From contig CAWHDR010000001.1 of the NCBI GenBank assembly GCA_963828165.1, positions 1,184,001 to 1,248,000 on the forward strand: DNA of 64,000 nucleotides, given 5' to 3'. Source of the DNA: an uncultured Chloroflexia bacterium (GTDB taxonomy: Bacteria > Chloroflexota > Limnocylindria > Limnocylindrales > CSP1-4). The position numbers were made by a program, and so were the translations under genes. Shown here in pieces: positions 37,309 to 47,002 of the stretch. Under the pieces are notes generated by a model that was not told where the DNA came from, did not search any database, and worked only from the letters and a program-made list of their open reading frames with translations. The first letter of the stretch is position 1; each line of letters opens with the position of its first letter.

Positions 37309-38564
37309 AGATCGGCCTGGTCTGCCCGTACATCTACCCGGCGCCCGGAGGGGTGGCGCAGCACGTGCGGTTCCTGTACGAGGGCCTGCGGCAGCGTGGA
37401 CATGACGTCCGGATCCTGACGGCGAGCCACGGGCCGCAGCGCTCGTCGGAGGGCGACATCATCCGCCTCGGCGTCGGGTTCTCCGTGCCGATCAACGCGT
37501 CCGTGGGCACGCTCACGTTCTCGCCCCGCTACCTCAGCCAGATCGGCGCGATGCTGGAGCGCGAGAAGTTCGACGTGCTCCACTTCCACGAGCCGTTCGT
37601 GCCGTTCCTGTCGCTCTTCCTGCTGCGCGAGTCGACCAGCGTGAATGTCGCCACGTTCCACGCCTACGCGGGCTTCTCGCCGTCGTACGAGTTCGGCAGT
37701 CGGGCGCTGCGCGGTCATGCCAAGCGCCTGCACGGCAGGATCGCGGTGAGCGCCGCTGCCCGCCACTTCATCGACCGCTTCTTCCCGGGCGACTACAAGG
37801 TCATCCCCAACGGCGTCGATATCGGCCGATTTGCGAATGCGGTCCCGATCGCGCGTTGGCAGGACGGCACGCCGAACGTGCTGTTCGTGGGACGCCACGA
37901 GCCGCGCAAGGGCCTCCTGGACCTGCTCAAGGCCCACCGGATCCTGCGCAAGACCGGGTCGGAGGCGAGGCTGCTCGTGGTCGGCCACGGGCCGCAGGAG
38001 CGCGAGGCGCGCCGCTACGTGGCGACCCGCGGTCTCCAGGGCGTGGAGTTTCTCGGCCGCGTGACGGACGACGCCAAGGCCCAGCTGTTCCGGACCGCGG
38101 ACGTCTACGCCTCGCCCGCCACCGGCGGCGAATCGTTCGGGATCGTCCTGCTCGAGGCGATGGCGGCCGGGACACCGATCGTGTGCTCGGACATCCACGG
38201 CTACAAGGGCGTGGTCCGCCGGGGCCGCGAGGGCCTGCTCGTGCCGCCGCGGGCGCCGCGCGAGCTCGCCGTGGCCATCGACAAGCTGCTCCGCGACCCG
38301 GGTCTGCGCGAGCAGATGGGCGCCGCCGGCCAGGCGCGTGCGGAAGAGTTCAGCTGGCCGCGGGTCACGGCCAAGGTCGAGGACTACTACGGCTTCGTGA
38401 TCCGCCGTCTGGCCACCGCCGGCGCGCTACCGGAAGGATTCCGCGCCGAGATCCCTCAGGCGCCCCCCTCGGTGCGGGCGAGGCCGTCCGCGCCGTCGCC
38501 CGACCCAGAGCCCGCCGCGGCCCTGGACTCCGCCAGCGCGAGCCGCCACACCGAGGCGGAGTAG
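37305..38564 (+). CDS. GT4 glycosyltransferase, PimA-like phosphatidylinositol mannosyltransferase
   Basis: MKIGLVCPY...PGGV..HV, DVLHFHEP, VATFH, IPNGVD, EPRKG, TGGESFGIVLLEAMAAG; operon context. Confidence 0.88.
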   Translation: MKIGLVCPYIYPAPGGVAQHVRFLYEGLRQRGHDVRILTASHGPQRSSEGDIIRLGVGFSVPINASVGTLTFSPRYLSQIGAMLEREKFDVLHFHEPFVPFLSLFLLRESTSVNVATFHAYAGFSPSYEFGSRALRGHAKRLHGRIAVSAAARHFIDRFFPGDYKVIPNGVDIGRFANAVPIARWQDGTPNVLFVGRHEPRKGLLDLLKAHRILRKTGSEARLLVVGHGPQEREARRYVATRGLQGVEFLGRVTDDAKAQLFRTADVYASPATGGESFGIVLLEAMAAGTPIVCSDIHGYKGVVRRGREGLLVPPRAPRELAVAIDKLLRDPGLREQMGAAGQARAEEFSWPRVTAKVEDYYGFVIRRLATAGALPEGFRAEIPQAPPSVRARPSAPSPDPEPAAALDSASASRHTEAE

Positions 38565-41500
38565 GCGACCACCAGGCAGGTCACCCCGATGGCGATCGTC
38601 AGGATCGCCAGGGTCCCGCTCAGCAGCGGCGTGTCGACGTTGCGCGCCACGTCGCTGACGGGGAACTGGAAGGCATACAGGTAGGTCGGCAACAGGCCCT
38701 GGTAGGCATTGACGATCGTCGACGGCAACGGCAGCGCCGCGATGTTCGGATAGAAGACCACGAACCAGCCGACCGCGGCGGCCAGCAGCCCGATGACATA
38801 CCGGCGTGCATCGCGGGCGGCGATCACCTGCGCGGCGAGGAAGACGAGGGGGATCGCGACGACCAGGGCGATCGGTTCGACCGGGATACCGTTGAGGGTC
38901 AGCAGCGTCACATCGGGGAGGAACGCCGTAGCGGCCATCCCGAACGCCACCGCGATCGCCGTGATGACCAGCCGCCGGATCCCGGTGTCCGCCGCGGGTC
39001 CCGTGGCCCGCGCGTCGTCCGTTTCGGCATCGTGCCGTTCGCGTCCGTCGCCGCCGCGTTCCAGCGCCAGAAACCCGCGGCCCAGGAGTACCGCCCCGAC
39101 CACGACGACCCCCAGCAAGCCGGCCGTGCGCAGGCTCAGGACGAGGTCGGGGATGACCGCCGGGCAGGCTTGCGACCCGGGGTTCGCCCGTTCGACACCG
39201 ACGAACCCGCACAGCGGCCGCGACAGGAGCCACAGGACGGCCGGCGCCACGATCGCGGCGGCCCCGGCCAGGCGGACGGCCAGCCACGTCCGCCGTGACG
39301 GCCCGTGCCAGAGCTCGGCGACGAGGTAGGCGAGCGCGAGGATCACGAACGGCAGCGCGGTGTAGTAGTGGTACTGGAATGCGGCCCGGTCGATCCGCGA
39401 CCAGGAGACCCACTGGGCGGCGAACGCGATGCCGATGAGCGCCAGCGCGAGGCTCCGGCGCCGGAACGCCATGACCGCCACGAAGCCGAGCGCCACGGTC
39501 CCGACCCACCAGATCACGAGGTTGCCGGCGTCGTAGATGGCGGCGCTCGTCGAACCGGCGAAGCCGTCCTGGTAGAACCACACCGGCTTGAGGTCGAACG
39601 GCCACGCCCACCACGGCGACGACGCCGGGTGGCCCGTCGCCAGGCCGCTGTGGTAGCCGTACATCGCCCCCGTCAGGTCGACGAGGCTCTGGCCGGTGTT
39701 CCCGGCCGGGAAGCCATCCCACAGCCGGTGGTTCTCGATGAACGCCCACGGCAGGTAGCTCACGACGTACACGCCGACCGGGATCAGAACGAGGCAGAGG
39801 GCGGCCCAGGCCATCGGCAGGCCCAGGAGCCATCCGGGCCGAAGCCAGCCGTGGGGAGCCGGCGCAGGAGGTTCCAGGGCACGCAGCGGGTCGTCGGCCG
39901 CTCGCGGTCCAGCCAAGGGCCCGTACCCGATCCCGCCCGCGAACCGGAAGGTCATGTAGACCACCAGCGAGCCGAGCGCGGCGATGATCGCGACGAGCAG
40001 CGGGGTGACCGCCACGGGCCCCACGGTCACGGGGATGTCAAGCCGTCGCAACGCCAGCGTGCCGAAGAAGAGCAGCGCTCCGAGCGCGGCGGGCGCGATG
40101 ACCGCGAATCGCATCTCGTCGTCGGTCCACGCGATCGGGTGGAACACGGCGGCGACGACCGCGATCAACGTCAGCCCGACCATCATCGCGAGGAACGGAA
40201 GATTGCCCAGGCCCTGGCCTTCTGGGACGCTGATCGCGAGGTAGCCGAGGACGCTGGTGATCGCGACCAGACCCAGGATCGCGACGACGCGGCCAAGGGC
40301 GCTGCGCACGAGCAGCAACAGCGCCATGGCGCCGATGGCGTACGCGGCGACCCACTTGGACGCCAGGGCGAGACCGAGCAACACGCCGATGACCGGCATC
40401 GCCACCCAGAACGCGCCGCGCCAGCGCCACCAGCCCGTCCAGACAGCCGCGAAGACGGTATAGGCGGCGACGATGAACAGCCCGACGTAGACGTCGTTCA
40501 TGCCGATCCGGGACTGCACGAAGAACATGCCATCGACCAGCGCGAACACGGCGACCAGGCCGGCGACGAGCCGCCGCGCGAACAGGATCCGGGCGAGCAG
40601 GTAGAGGCAGGCCGCCATCAGCGCGCCGGCGATGACGCCGGGCAGCCGCCACGCGAACGCGTGCGAACCGGTCTCGATGGTCGCCATCTGCCCGTCGGTT
40701 CCGAAGACGTGGAGCTCCTGACGGTCCTCGGCGGGGTAGTCGGCTTCCGCGTCGAGCGCCCAGGCCGCGGGCACCAGATCGGCCGGCAGTACGGCGTCGG
40801 CGAAGACCGCATTCGCGGCGGGATTGCCGTGTGGCTCGATGACATAGACCGTCCATCCGTCGGCTTCGCCACCGACCGCCCCATCGGGCTCGAACGCGCG
40901 CCCGAGGACATGGATCTGCTGCGTGGCGTCGTCGTACACCACGCGCGACCCCTCGCCCGGCAGCGGATGCCGCGCACCGACCTTGACCGGCCCGTTTTTC
41001 GCGCTGTCGCCACCGACCGCCACGACCTCGTAACCCGGGTCATCGGCGCCACCGGCGGTCACGTACAGCTTGGCGTCGTCGATACCGGTGACGTAGGCGA
41101 GCCCATGCGCCCCGCCCGGCATCCCGATCGTGCTCGAGACGTCGGCGGTGGCCGGGTCGATGAAGGTGATGCCGTCGGCATCGGCCACCGCCACGCGCGA
41201 CAGGTCGAGGACCTCGATGCCGGCCAGCCGGCCGTCGGCGATCGCCTCGTCGATCTCCGTCCGGGTCGCATCGTCGTCGCCCGGGCCGCCCAGGATGACC
41301 GTCGCGCCAGGGGCGGCGTCGGACAGGCGTGTCTCGTACTCGGCCGCATCGGTCTCGAGGATCTCGGCAAGCACGGCGGCGACCGCGGCCGGTTCATCGA
41401 TCGCGTCGGGCGTGGCGACCAGGGCCGGCCCGGACCCGGCCGTCGTCAGGCCGGCGATGCCGGGCAGGTCGAGCGTGCCGGTAATGTCACCCGTGGCAGT

Positions 41501-43930
41501 ATCGACGACGCTCAGGCGGTCATCCGAGGCGGCGATGATCGTCAGGCCGTCCTCGGACGCGAGGAGGTGCGTCACCGGGTGGTCCACCGTCGCGAGCGGG
41601 ATCGGCTCGACGCCGCTGACCACCCCGTCGAGACCGATGATCGCGAGGTCGACCGTCGCGATCCCGCCGTCGTCGAAGCCGATCAGCAGCTGCTCCGCGG
41701 AGTCATCGATGGCCAGCGCCGCCGAACCCGGGGCCGCGAACGTGCTGACGGTCCGGCGCGTGCGCAGGTCATCGGTCCGGATCTCGGTGCCGGTCGCCAG
41801 GTGGAGGCGCTCACCCGCGCGCTCGCCCGACAGCGGGTCTTCCCGTCGTGGCTCGATCGTGGCCGCCGAGATCGGGGTGCCCAGATCGCCTGTCCCCGAG
41901 ACGTGGTCCTCGCCCCACAGCACGATGCCCGCGGCCATCGCGTACTTGGCGAGGTGCGGATGGGTCCACTCGTAGATGTCGTGAGACTCGCCGTAGCGCC
42001 AGTCCTGCAGGAACTCCATGGCCGTCCGGGCGTGATAGACCTCGTCGAAATGCGGCTGGTACGGCTCTTCCAGGCGAAAGGTCCGCATCCCGAGCGTCGC
42101 CAGCAGCAGGACGATCAGGATCCACGCGTCGAGGCGGTCCAGGCGCCCGCCGCCTTCCCCGCGGAGCATCCGGCTGCGGTCCGCCCGCACCGGGCGCTCC
42201 GCCAGGCGCGCCCGGACCCAGCCGACGAGGCCGCTGTCGGCGAGCGAGGCACGCATGCTCCACGTGGGCGGGGCGGGCGTCCATCCCCCGCCCACGGCGG
42301 CGGCCGCGGCGCCGGTCGCGAGGGCCGGGTCGACGCCTCGGGCGCCGCGCGGCGCGGGCCACCCGATGGCGGCGCCCACCTCGACCGAGCCCGGGCCGCT
42401 GGCGCGACCCCGTCCGCCAGCGCGACCCCGGATCCCCGCAAGGATGCCCGCGCCGGGGAGGATCGGTCGTTCCTGCATGTCGTCAACGAGCCTTCCCTCC
42501 TCCAGCTCGGCGGCGAGTCGTTTGCGGGAGCCGGCTCGCAACTGGAGCACGGTCCAGGCGAACGCGGCCGTGTGCATGATCGCCACGATCGTCACCGCCG
42601 CCTGTGACCGGAGGAACGGTCCGATCGCCAGCCAGTCGCGCACGGCGTTCTGGTCGGGGAACTTGGGCGGATAGAGCGTGGTGAGGACCACGTACATGTT
42701 GGCGAACGTCGCGACGGCCAGGACCACGTACGCCACTCGCCAGCGCGGTGAGATGGCGAAGAGGATCGCGCCCACGGCGAAGAACGGGAACCCGTAGCGC
42801 TCGTGCACGCGCGTGGGCAGGGCGAAGAACGCGAGCGCCAGGAGCGACAGCACCACGAGCAGGGTCAGGCGATCGGGATGGCGAGCGGCGACCCACAGCG
42901 CGACCACGAAGGACGCGATCAGCAGGATCGCCCCGACGGCGACTGCCGGCACGGCGCCGAAGACCGCCACGCCCGCTCCGCATTTGTCGGCCGGTAGCGA
43001 CCCGGCGTCGCAGACCCACAGGCCGGCGCTGGCGAGGCTGTTGCCCAGGTCGCCCGGCACGACTGCCCAGGCGTTGTAGGCGTTGACCGTGAGGTACGGA
43101 TATCCACCACCCGCGATGACGATCTGGTCGATCAGCCCGGAGCTGAAGAACGGCGCGGAGGCCGCTGGTTCCAGGACCGACAGGCCGAAGGGCAGGCACA
43201 GGAGGACGGCCGTCAGGAAGCCCGCCACGCCGGTCGTGAGGATGCGCAGCGGATGACCCGTCCGAGCCTCCCATGCCCGCACGCGGTCGAGGAGGCCCGC
43301 GCCCTGGACGCCGACGTCCTCGATGGGGCCGTCGGGATCGGGCTCGACCGGCCAGAGCGCCCGACGGATCGTCACGACGGCGACCAGTGGCACGAGGATG
43401 CCCAGCTGGGGCTTCACCAGCGCAGCGATGACCGTGAAGATGGCCGCGCGCTCGGGCTGGTCGCGCCACAACGAGCGCAGGGCGAGCAACACGAAGACGA
43501 CCCCGACCGAGTCGACCTGCCCCCACACGACATTGTCGAACCAGAACACCGGGTTGACGACCACGACCACGGCCCCGAGCAACGCGACTCGCTCGCGTCC
43601 CCCAAGCTCGCGGATCATCGACCAGACGAGGTACCCGATCGCCAGGTCGGCGAGGATGGGCGGGATCTTGATGAGGTCGCCGATGCCGCCGAGCGCATTG
43701 CCGACGGTTCCGACCAGCCACAGGACGTACAGGTATCCGGGCGTGTAGTCGTGGAAGAAGTCGCGCTGGTAGAAGCCGTAGAGCCCGTTGTCGGCGAGGT
43801 TGTCGGCCCAGAATCGGAATGAGCTCAGGTCGGCGTCGAACCCGGAACCGGGGAGGAGATATGCCAGAATGAGGCGGAGGGCGAGACCGAGCGCGAGGAC
43901 GATCAGGATCGCGCCAAGGGTCCCCTGCAT
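38456..43930 (-). CDS. Giant (~1800 aa) GT-C fusion: N-terminal GT87/PigM-like membrane GT plus a PMT-like protein mannosyltransferase with a large inserted soluble domain
   Basis: N-part: DYTPGYLY, WGQVDS, KPQ, PTRVHERY. C-part: FDEVYH, HPHLAK, WRLP, SRIGMND, SKW, HPASSPWWAWP, FQYHY. Start could be at 43993. Confidence 0.85.
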   Translation of the reverse strand: MQGTLGAILIVLALGLALRLILAYLLPGSGFDADLSSFRFWADNLADNGLYGFYQRDFFHDYTPGYLYVLWLVGTVGNALGGIGDLIKIPPILADLAIGYLVWSMIRELGGRERVALLGAVVVVVNPVFWFDNVVWGQVDSVGVVFVLLALRSLWRDQPERAAIFTVIAALVKPQLGILVPLVAVVTIRRALWPVEPDPDGPIEDVGVQGAGLLDRVRAWEARTGHPLRILTTGVAGFLTAVLLCLPFGLSVLEPAASAPFFSSGLIDQIVIAGGGYPYLTVNAYNAWAVVPGDLGNSLASAGLWVCDAGSLPADKCGAGVAVFGAVPAVAVGAILLIASFVVALWVAARHPDRLTLLVVLSLLALAFFALPTRVHERYGFPFFAVGAILFAISPRWRVAYVVLAVATFANMYVVLTTLYPPKFPDQNAVRDWLAIGPFLRSQAAVTIVAIMHTAAFAWTVLQLRAGSRKRLAAELEEGRLVDDMQERPILPGAGILAGIRGRAGGRGRASGPGSVEVGAAIGWPAPRGARGVDPALATGAAAAAVGGGWTPAPPTWSMRASLADSGLVGWVRARLAERPVRADRSRMLRGEGGGRLDRLDAWILIVLLLATLGMRTFRLEEPYQPHFDEVYHARTAMEFLQDWRYGESHDIYEWTHPHLAKYAMAAGIVLWGEDHVSGTGDLGTPISAATIEPRREDPLSGERAGERLHLATGTEIRTDDLRTRRTVSTFAAPGSAALAIDDSAEQLLIGFDDGGIATVDLAIIGLDGVVSGVEPIPLATVDHPVTHLLASEDGLTIIAASDDRLSVVDTATGDITGTLDLPGIAGLTTAGSGPALVATPDAIDEPAAVAAVLAEILETDAAEYETRLSDAAPGATVILGGPGDDDATRTEIDEAIADGRLAGIEVLDLSRVAVADADGITFIDPATADVSSTIGMPGGAHGLAYVTGIDDAKLYVTAGGADDPGYEVVAVGGDSAKNGPVKVGARHPLPGEGSRVVYDDATQQIHVLGRAFEPDGAVGGEADGWTVYVIEPHGNPAANAVFADAVLPADLVPAAWALDAEADYPAEDRQELHVFGTDGQMATIETGSHAFAWRLPGVIAGALMAACLYLLARILFARRLVAGLVAVFALVDGMFFVQSRIGMNDVYVGLFIVAAYTVFAAVWTGWWRWRGAFWVAMPVIGVLLGLALASKWVAAYAIGAMALLLLVRSALGRVVAILGLVAITSVLGYLAISVPEGQGLGNLPFLAMMVGLTLIAVVAAVFHPIAWTDDEMRFAVIAPAALGALLFFGTLALRRLDIPVTVGPVAVTPLLVAIIAALGSLVVYMTFRFAGGIGYGPLAGPRAADDPLRALEPPAPAPHGWLRPGWLLGLPMAWAALCLVLIPVGVYVVSYLPWAFIENHRLWDGFPAGNTGQSLVDLTGAMYGYHSGLATGHPASSPWWAWPFDLKPVWFYQDGFAGSTSAAIYDAGNLVIWWVGTVALGFVAVMAFRRRSLALALIGIAFAAQWVSWSRIDRAAFQYHYYTALPFVILALAYLVAELWHGPSRRTWLAVRLAGAAAIVAPAVLWLLSRPLCGFVGVERANPGSQACPAVIPDLVLSLRTAGLLGVVVVGAVLLGRGFLALERGGDGRERHDAETDDARATGPAADTGIRRLVITAIAVAFGMAATAFLPDVTLLTLNGIPVEPIALVVAIPLVFLAAQVIAARDARRYVIGLLAAAVGWFVVFYPNIAALPLPSTIVNAYQGLLPTYLYAFQFPVSDVARNVDTPLLSGTLAILTIAIGVTCLVVAYSASVWRLALAESRAAAGSGSGDGADGLARTEGGA

Positions 43931-44089
43931 CCCGGTCGACCGAGACGGCGCTCCCGTGCCTCGCTCGTACCCACCGGATACGGGGCCAGTCACCGGGAAA
44001 CGGCTCCTGCACGAGCGTGGAAGGTGGATCTGAGCGTAGCACAGGGCAACCCGGACGACTCCGTGTCCGGCCGGCGAACGGTCGCACGG

Positions 44090-45547
44090 ATGGATCGGCG
44101 ACTCGCCGTCGCCGTGGGGGTCCTGCTCGCCATCGTCGCGCTCGGCGTGTACCTCACGACCCAGGTCGACCGCTTCTACGATCATTTCGTCTGGCAGGCG
44201 GCCGCCTTCCTGGAAGGGCAGGCGGCCATCCGCTATCCGGTCTCGGGCTCGGCCACGAGCTTCGGCAATGCATTCTTCCAAGACGTGTTGCCGGTCACCG
44301 CGAGTGACGGCGTCCCGCGTGGGCTGATCCCCTTCCCGCCCTTGCCGGCCCTCTTCCTGGTCCCGTTCGTCGCCGCGTGGGGGCTGTCGGCCGACGACCA
44401 GACGGTCTTCACGGTGCTCGCCGCGCTCGACGTGGCGATCTGCTGGTGGATGCTCGGCGGCCTTCGCATCCAGCCCGTCGTGCGCTTGGCGACCACGCAG
44501 TTCTTCGCGTTCGGGACGGTGTTCTGGTACACGGCCCAGCTCGCGACGACCTGGTACCAGGCGCATATCGTCGCGGTCGGGCTGGCGTTGCTCGCGGTCG
44601 GGCTGGCCATCAGGGCGGACCCTGCGTCAGGGGTGGACGAGCCGGGTCTGGACGGGGCGGACGCGGCCGGCGCGGCCAGCGGACCCGAACAGGCAATCGA
44701 AGCGCACGGCTCCGACGATGGAGCTGCCCCGCGGACCGCCGGCCACCATTTCGCCGTCGACCGACGCCAGTTCGTCGTTGGCTTCTTGTTCGGGCTGGCG
44801 GCCACCGCCCGGCTGTCGGTCCTGGTCGCAGCCCCGTTGTTCATCCTCGTCGGGTCCGGCGGGAGCTGGTGGCGCCGCGGCTGGTCGGCGGGCCTCGGGG
44901 CGGCCATCCCGGTCGGCGCCCTGCTCGCCTACAACGTCGCGGTCACGGGCCAGGTCTTCCATCCTGCCTACGACCACCTCTACCAGCTCGAGGCCCGCGC
45001 CTACGTCGCCCTCGACTATCACCCGGAATGGTCCGCCGAGGATCCTCGCTATCTCGCCCAGAACCTGCGGATCATGTTCCTGTCGACCCCCGAGATCCTG
45101 CCCGAACGGCGTCGTGACACGCTCGGCACGATCGACGAGCCGCTCTGCACCGCCGCGGGTGCGCAGCGCGGCCTGTTCGATGCCGACTGCCCGCTCGCCC
45201 TGCCGCGGGACGTCGGGATGAGCGTCCTGTTGACCAGCCCGGCGTACCTGCTGATGATCCCGGCCCTGCGTCGCTATGGCCGTAACCGCCTGGTGACGGG
45301 CGCCGCGCTCGCGGTCCTGCTGGTCGTGCTGCTCGATCTCATGCACTTCAGCCAGGGCTGGGTCCAGTTCGGCTACCGCTTCAGCAACGATGCCGCGCCG
45401 TTCGCCCTGCCGCTGGTGGCCGTGGGCCTCGAGCGGCTGGCCGATGGCACCCGCCGCTGGGCGATGCCGCTCGCGATGGGCCTCATCGTCGTGTCGATCG
45501 CCGTCAACGCCTGGGGCGTGATATGGGCGACCCACCTCGGGTGGTGA
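44090..45547 (+). CDS. Polytopic membrane protein, probable GT-C-fold glycosyltransferase
   Basis: Many TM segments, AAAFLEG, PFPPLPAL, YN...G..F, GWVQFGYRFSND; sits between GT genes. Confidence 0.6.
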   Translation: MDRRLAVAVGVLLAIVALGVYLTTQVDRFYDHFVWQAAAFLEGQAAIRYPVSGSATSFGNAFFQDVLPVTASDGVPRGLIPFPPLPALFLVPFVAAWGLSADDQTVFTVLAALDVAICWWMLGGLRIQPVVRLATTQFFAFGTVFWYTAQLATTWYQAHIVAVGLALLAVGLAIRADPASGVDEPGLDGADAAGAASGPEQAIEAHGSDDGAAPRTAGHHFAVDRRQFVVGFLFGLAATARLSVLVAAPLFILVGSGGSWWRRGWSAGLGAAIPVGALLAYNVAVTGQVFHPAYDHLYQLEARAYVALDYHPEWSAEDPRYLAQNLRIMFLSTPEILPERRRDTLGTIDEPLCTAAGAQRGLFDADCPLALPRDVGMSVLLTSPAYLLMIPALRRYGRNRLVTGAALAVLLVVLLDLMHFSQGWVQFGYRFSNDAAPFALPLVAVGLERLADGTRRWAMPLAMGLIVVSIAVNAWGVIWATHLGW

Positions 45548-45622
45548 GCGCGACCCGCCGCTATGGTACGCACAGCACATCGCGCGCCAGCGACCCAACT
45601 GAGACTGGGAGCCATCACCGAC

Positions 45623-46420
45623 GTGACCGACGCGAACCTGCCGGACCCGAAGCGGGTCGCACGCCTGTCGTACTTCTTTCCGGCCCACAACGAGGAAGCC
45701 AACGTGGTGGGGCTCGTCGAAGAGGCCCTGGCGGTCCTGCCGACGCTCGCCGATACGTTCGAGATCATCGTCGTCAACGATGGGTCCCGGGACCGCACCC
45801 AGGCCATCGCTGACGACCTGACGGCCCGCCACCCTGGCGTCGTGCGCGCGGTGCATCACCCGGTGAACCGAGGCTATGGCGGCGCCCTCCGGTCCGGATT
45901 CGGCGCCGCCCGGTTCGAGCTCGTCGCCTTCACCGACGGGGATCGCCAATTCCAGGTCGTCGACCTCGGCCGCCTGACGGCACGACTCGCCGAGCCGGAC
46001 GCACCGGACGTCGTGGCCGGCTATCGCATCGCGCGAGCCGATCCGTTGATCCGGACGATCTACGCCAAGGCCTACCGATTGGCCAACCGCATCTTCTTCG
46101 GGCTGCGCGTGACCGACGTCGACTGCGCGTGCAAGCTCTTCCGGAGCAACGCGCTCGATGGCGTCCATGTGGAGTCCGAGGGGGCGTTCTTCTCCGCCGA
46201 GCTGCTGATCAAGCTGAAGGCGGCCGGCCGCTCGACCGTCGAGGTCGGGGTGCCCCACTACGCGCGGACTGCCGGGTCGCCGACGGGCGCCAAGCCAGGG
46301 GTGATCCTCCGGGCAGTGCGCGACTTCTGGCGGCTGCGGCTGTACATGTGGGTCGATCGCGACCGCGCGCTCCGACGCGGGGGCGCGATCCAGGCTCCGC
46401 CGGCGGACACCCCGGCCTAG
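45623..46420 (+). CDS. GT2 glycosyltransferase, polyprenol-phosphate hexose (mannose) synthase-like
   Basis: PAHNEEAN, VNDGS.D.T, NRGYGGA, TDGD.Q, DVDCACKLF. Confidence 0.87.
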   Translation: MTDANLPDPKRVARLSYFFPAHNEEANVVGLVEEALAVLPTLADTFEIIVVNDGSRDRTQAIADDLTARHPGVVRAVHHPVNRGYGGALRSGFGAARFELVAFTDGDRQFQVVDLGRLTARLAEPDAPDVVAGYRIARADPLIRTIYAKAYRLANRIFFGLRVTDVDCACKLFRSNALDGVHVESEGAFFSAELLIKLKAAGRSTVEVGVPHYARTAGSPTGAKPGVILRAVRDFWRLRLYMWVDRDRALRRGGAIQAPPADTPA

Positions 46421-46443
46421 CGCCTCCGCGTCAGATCCCCGGA

Positions 46444-46995
46444 TCAGCTTCCGCGGCCCTCCTGCTCCTGGTCGACGTCGAGCGAATTCACGAAATCGCG
46501 GAACACGTCGAGCCGGGGGTCGACGACCCCTCCCTCTCCGGTCGACTCGATCGGCTCGCCATCTTCGTCAACGCCCAGTCCCCCTTCCGCGCCGAGGCCG
46601 GCCAGGTCCAGCACCGACGGAACCGCGAAGATCGGCGCACCGACCCGGACCGCCAGCGCGAGCGCGTCCGACGGCCGCGCGTCGATCTCGCCGAGCTTGC
46701 CATCCCGCTCCACGAACAGGCGGGCGTGGTACGTCTCATCGACCATGTCCGAGATGACGACGCGCGCCACCGTCGCATCCAGCGCCTCGAGCGTGCTCGC
46801 GAACAGGTCGTGCGTGAGTGGCCGCTCCGGCGTCAGGCCCTGGAGTCGCATCGCGATCGAGCTCGCCTCCCACGGCCCGATCCAGATCGGGAGGTAGCGC
46901 TCGCGCCCGGTCTCCTTGAGGATCACGACGTGGCGACTCGAGAGCATGTGGACGCGCACGCTCTCGACGACCATCTCGATCAGCCCGTCGTCCAT
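46444..46995 (-). CDS. Bifunctional nuclease family protein (DUF151)
   Basis: LPIWIG..EA..I, RPLTHDL, IDARPSDALALA.R...PI. Confidence 0.92.
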   Translation of the reverse strand: MDDGLIEMVVESVRVHMLSSRHVVILKETGRERYLPIWIGPWEASSIAMRLQGLTPERPLTHDLFASTLEALDATVARVVISDMVDETYHARLFVERDGKLGEIDARPSDALALAVRVGAPIFAVPSVLDLAGLGAEGGLGVDEDGEPIESTGEGGVVDPRLDVFRDFVNSLDVDQEQEGRGS

Positions 46996-47002
46996 ATGCC
47001 GA

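Noticed and set aside
39305-42607. 1100-aa plus-strand ORF (likewise 47427..50063, 53105..54835 and 55055..56902)
   Set aside because: Antisense shadows of genes with clear family motifs; Arg/Gly/Ala-rich with no domain signal.
43931-44566. N-terminal ~210 aa of the 2036-aa ORF
   Set aside because: It mostly overlaps the divergent membrane-protein gene; GT-C-like sequence begins near 43930-43993.
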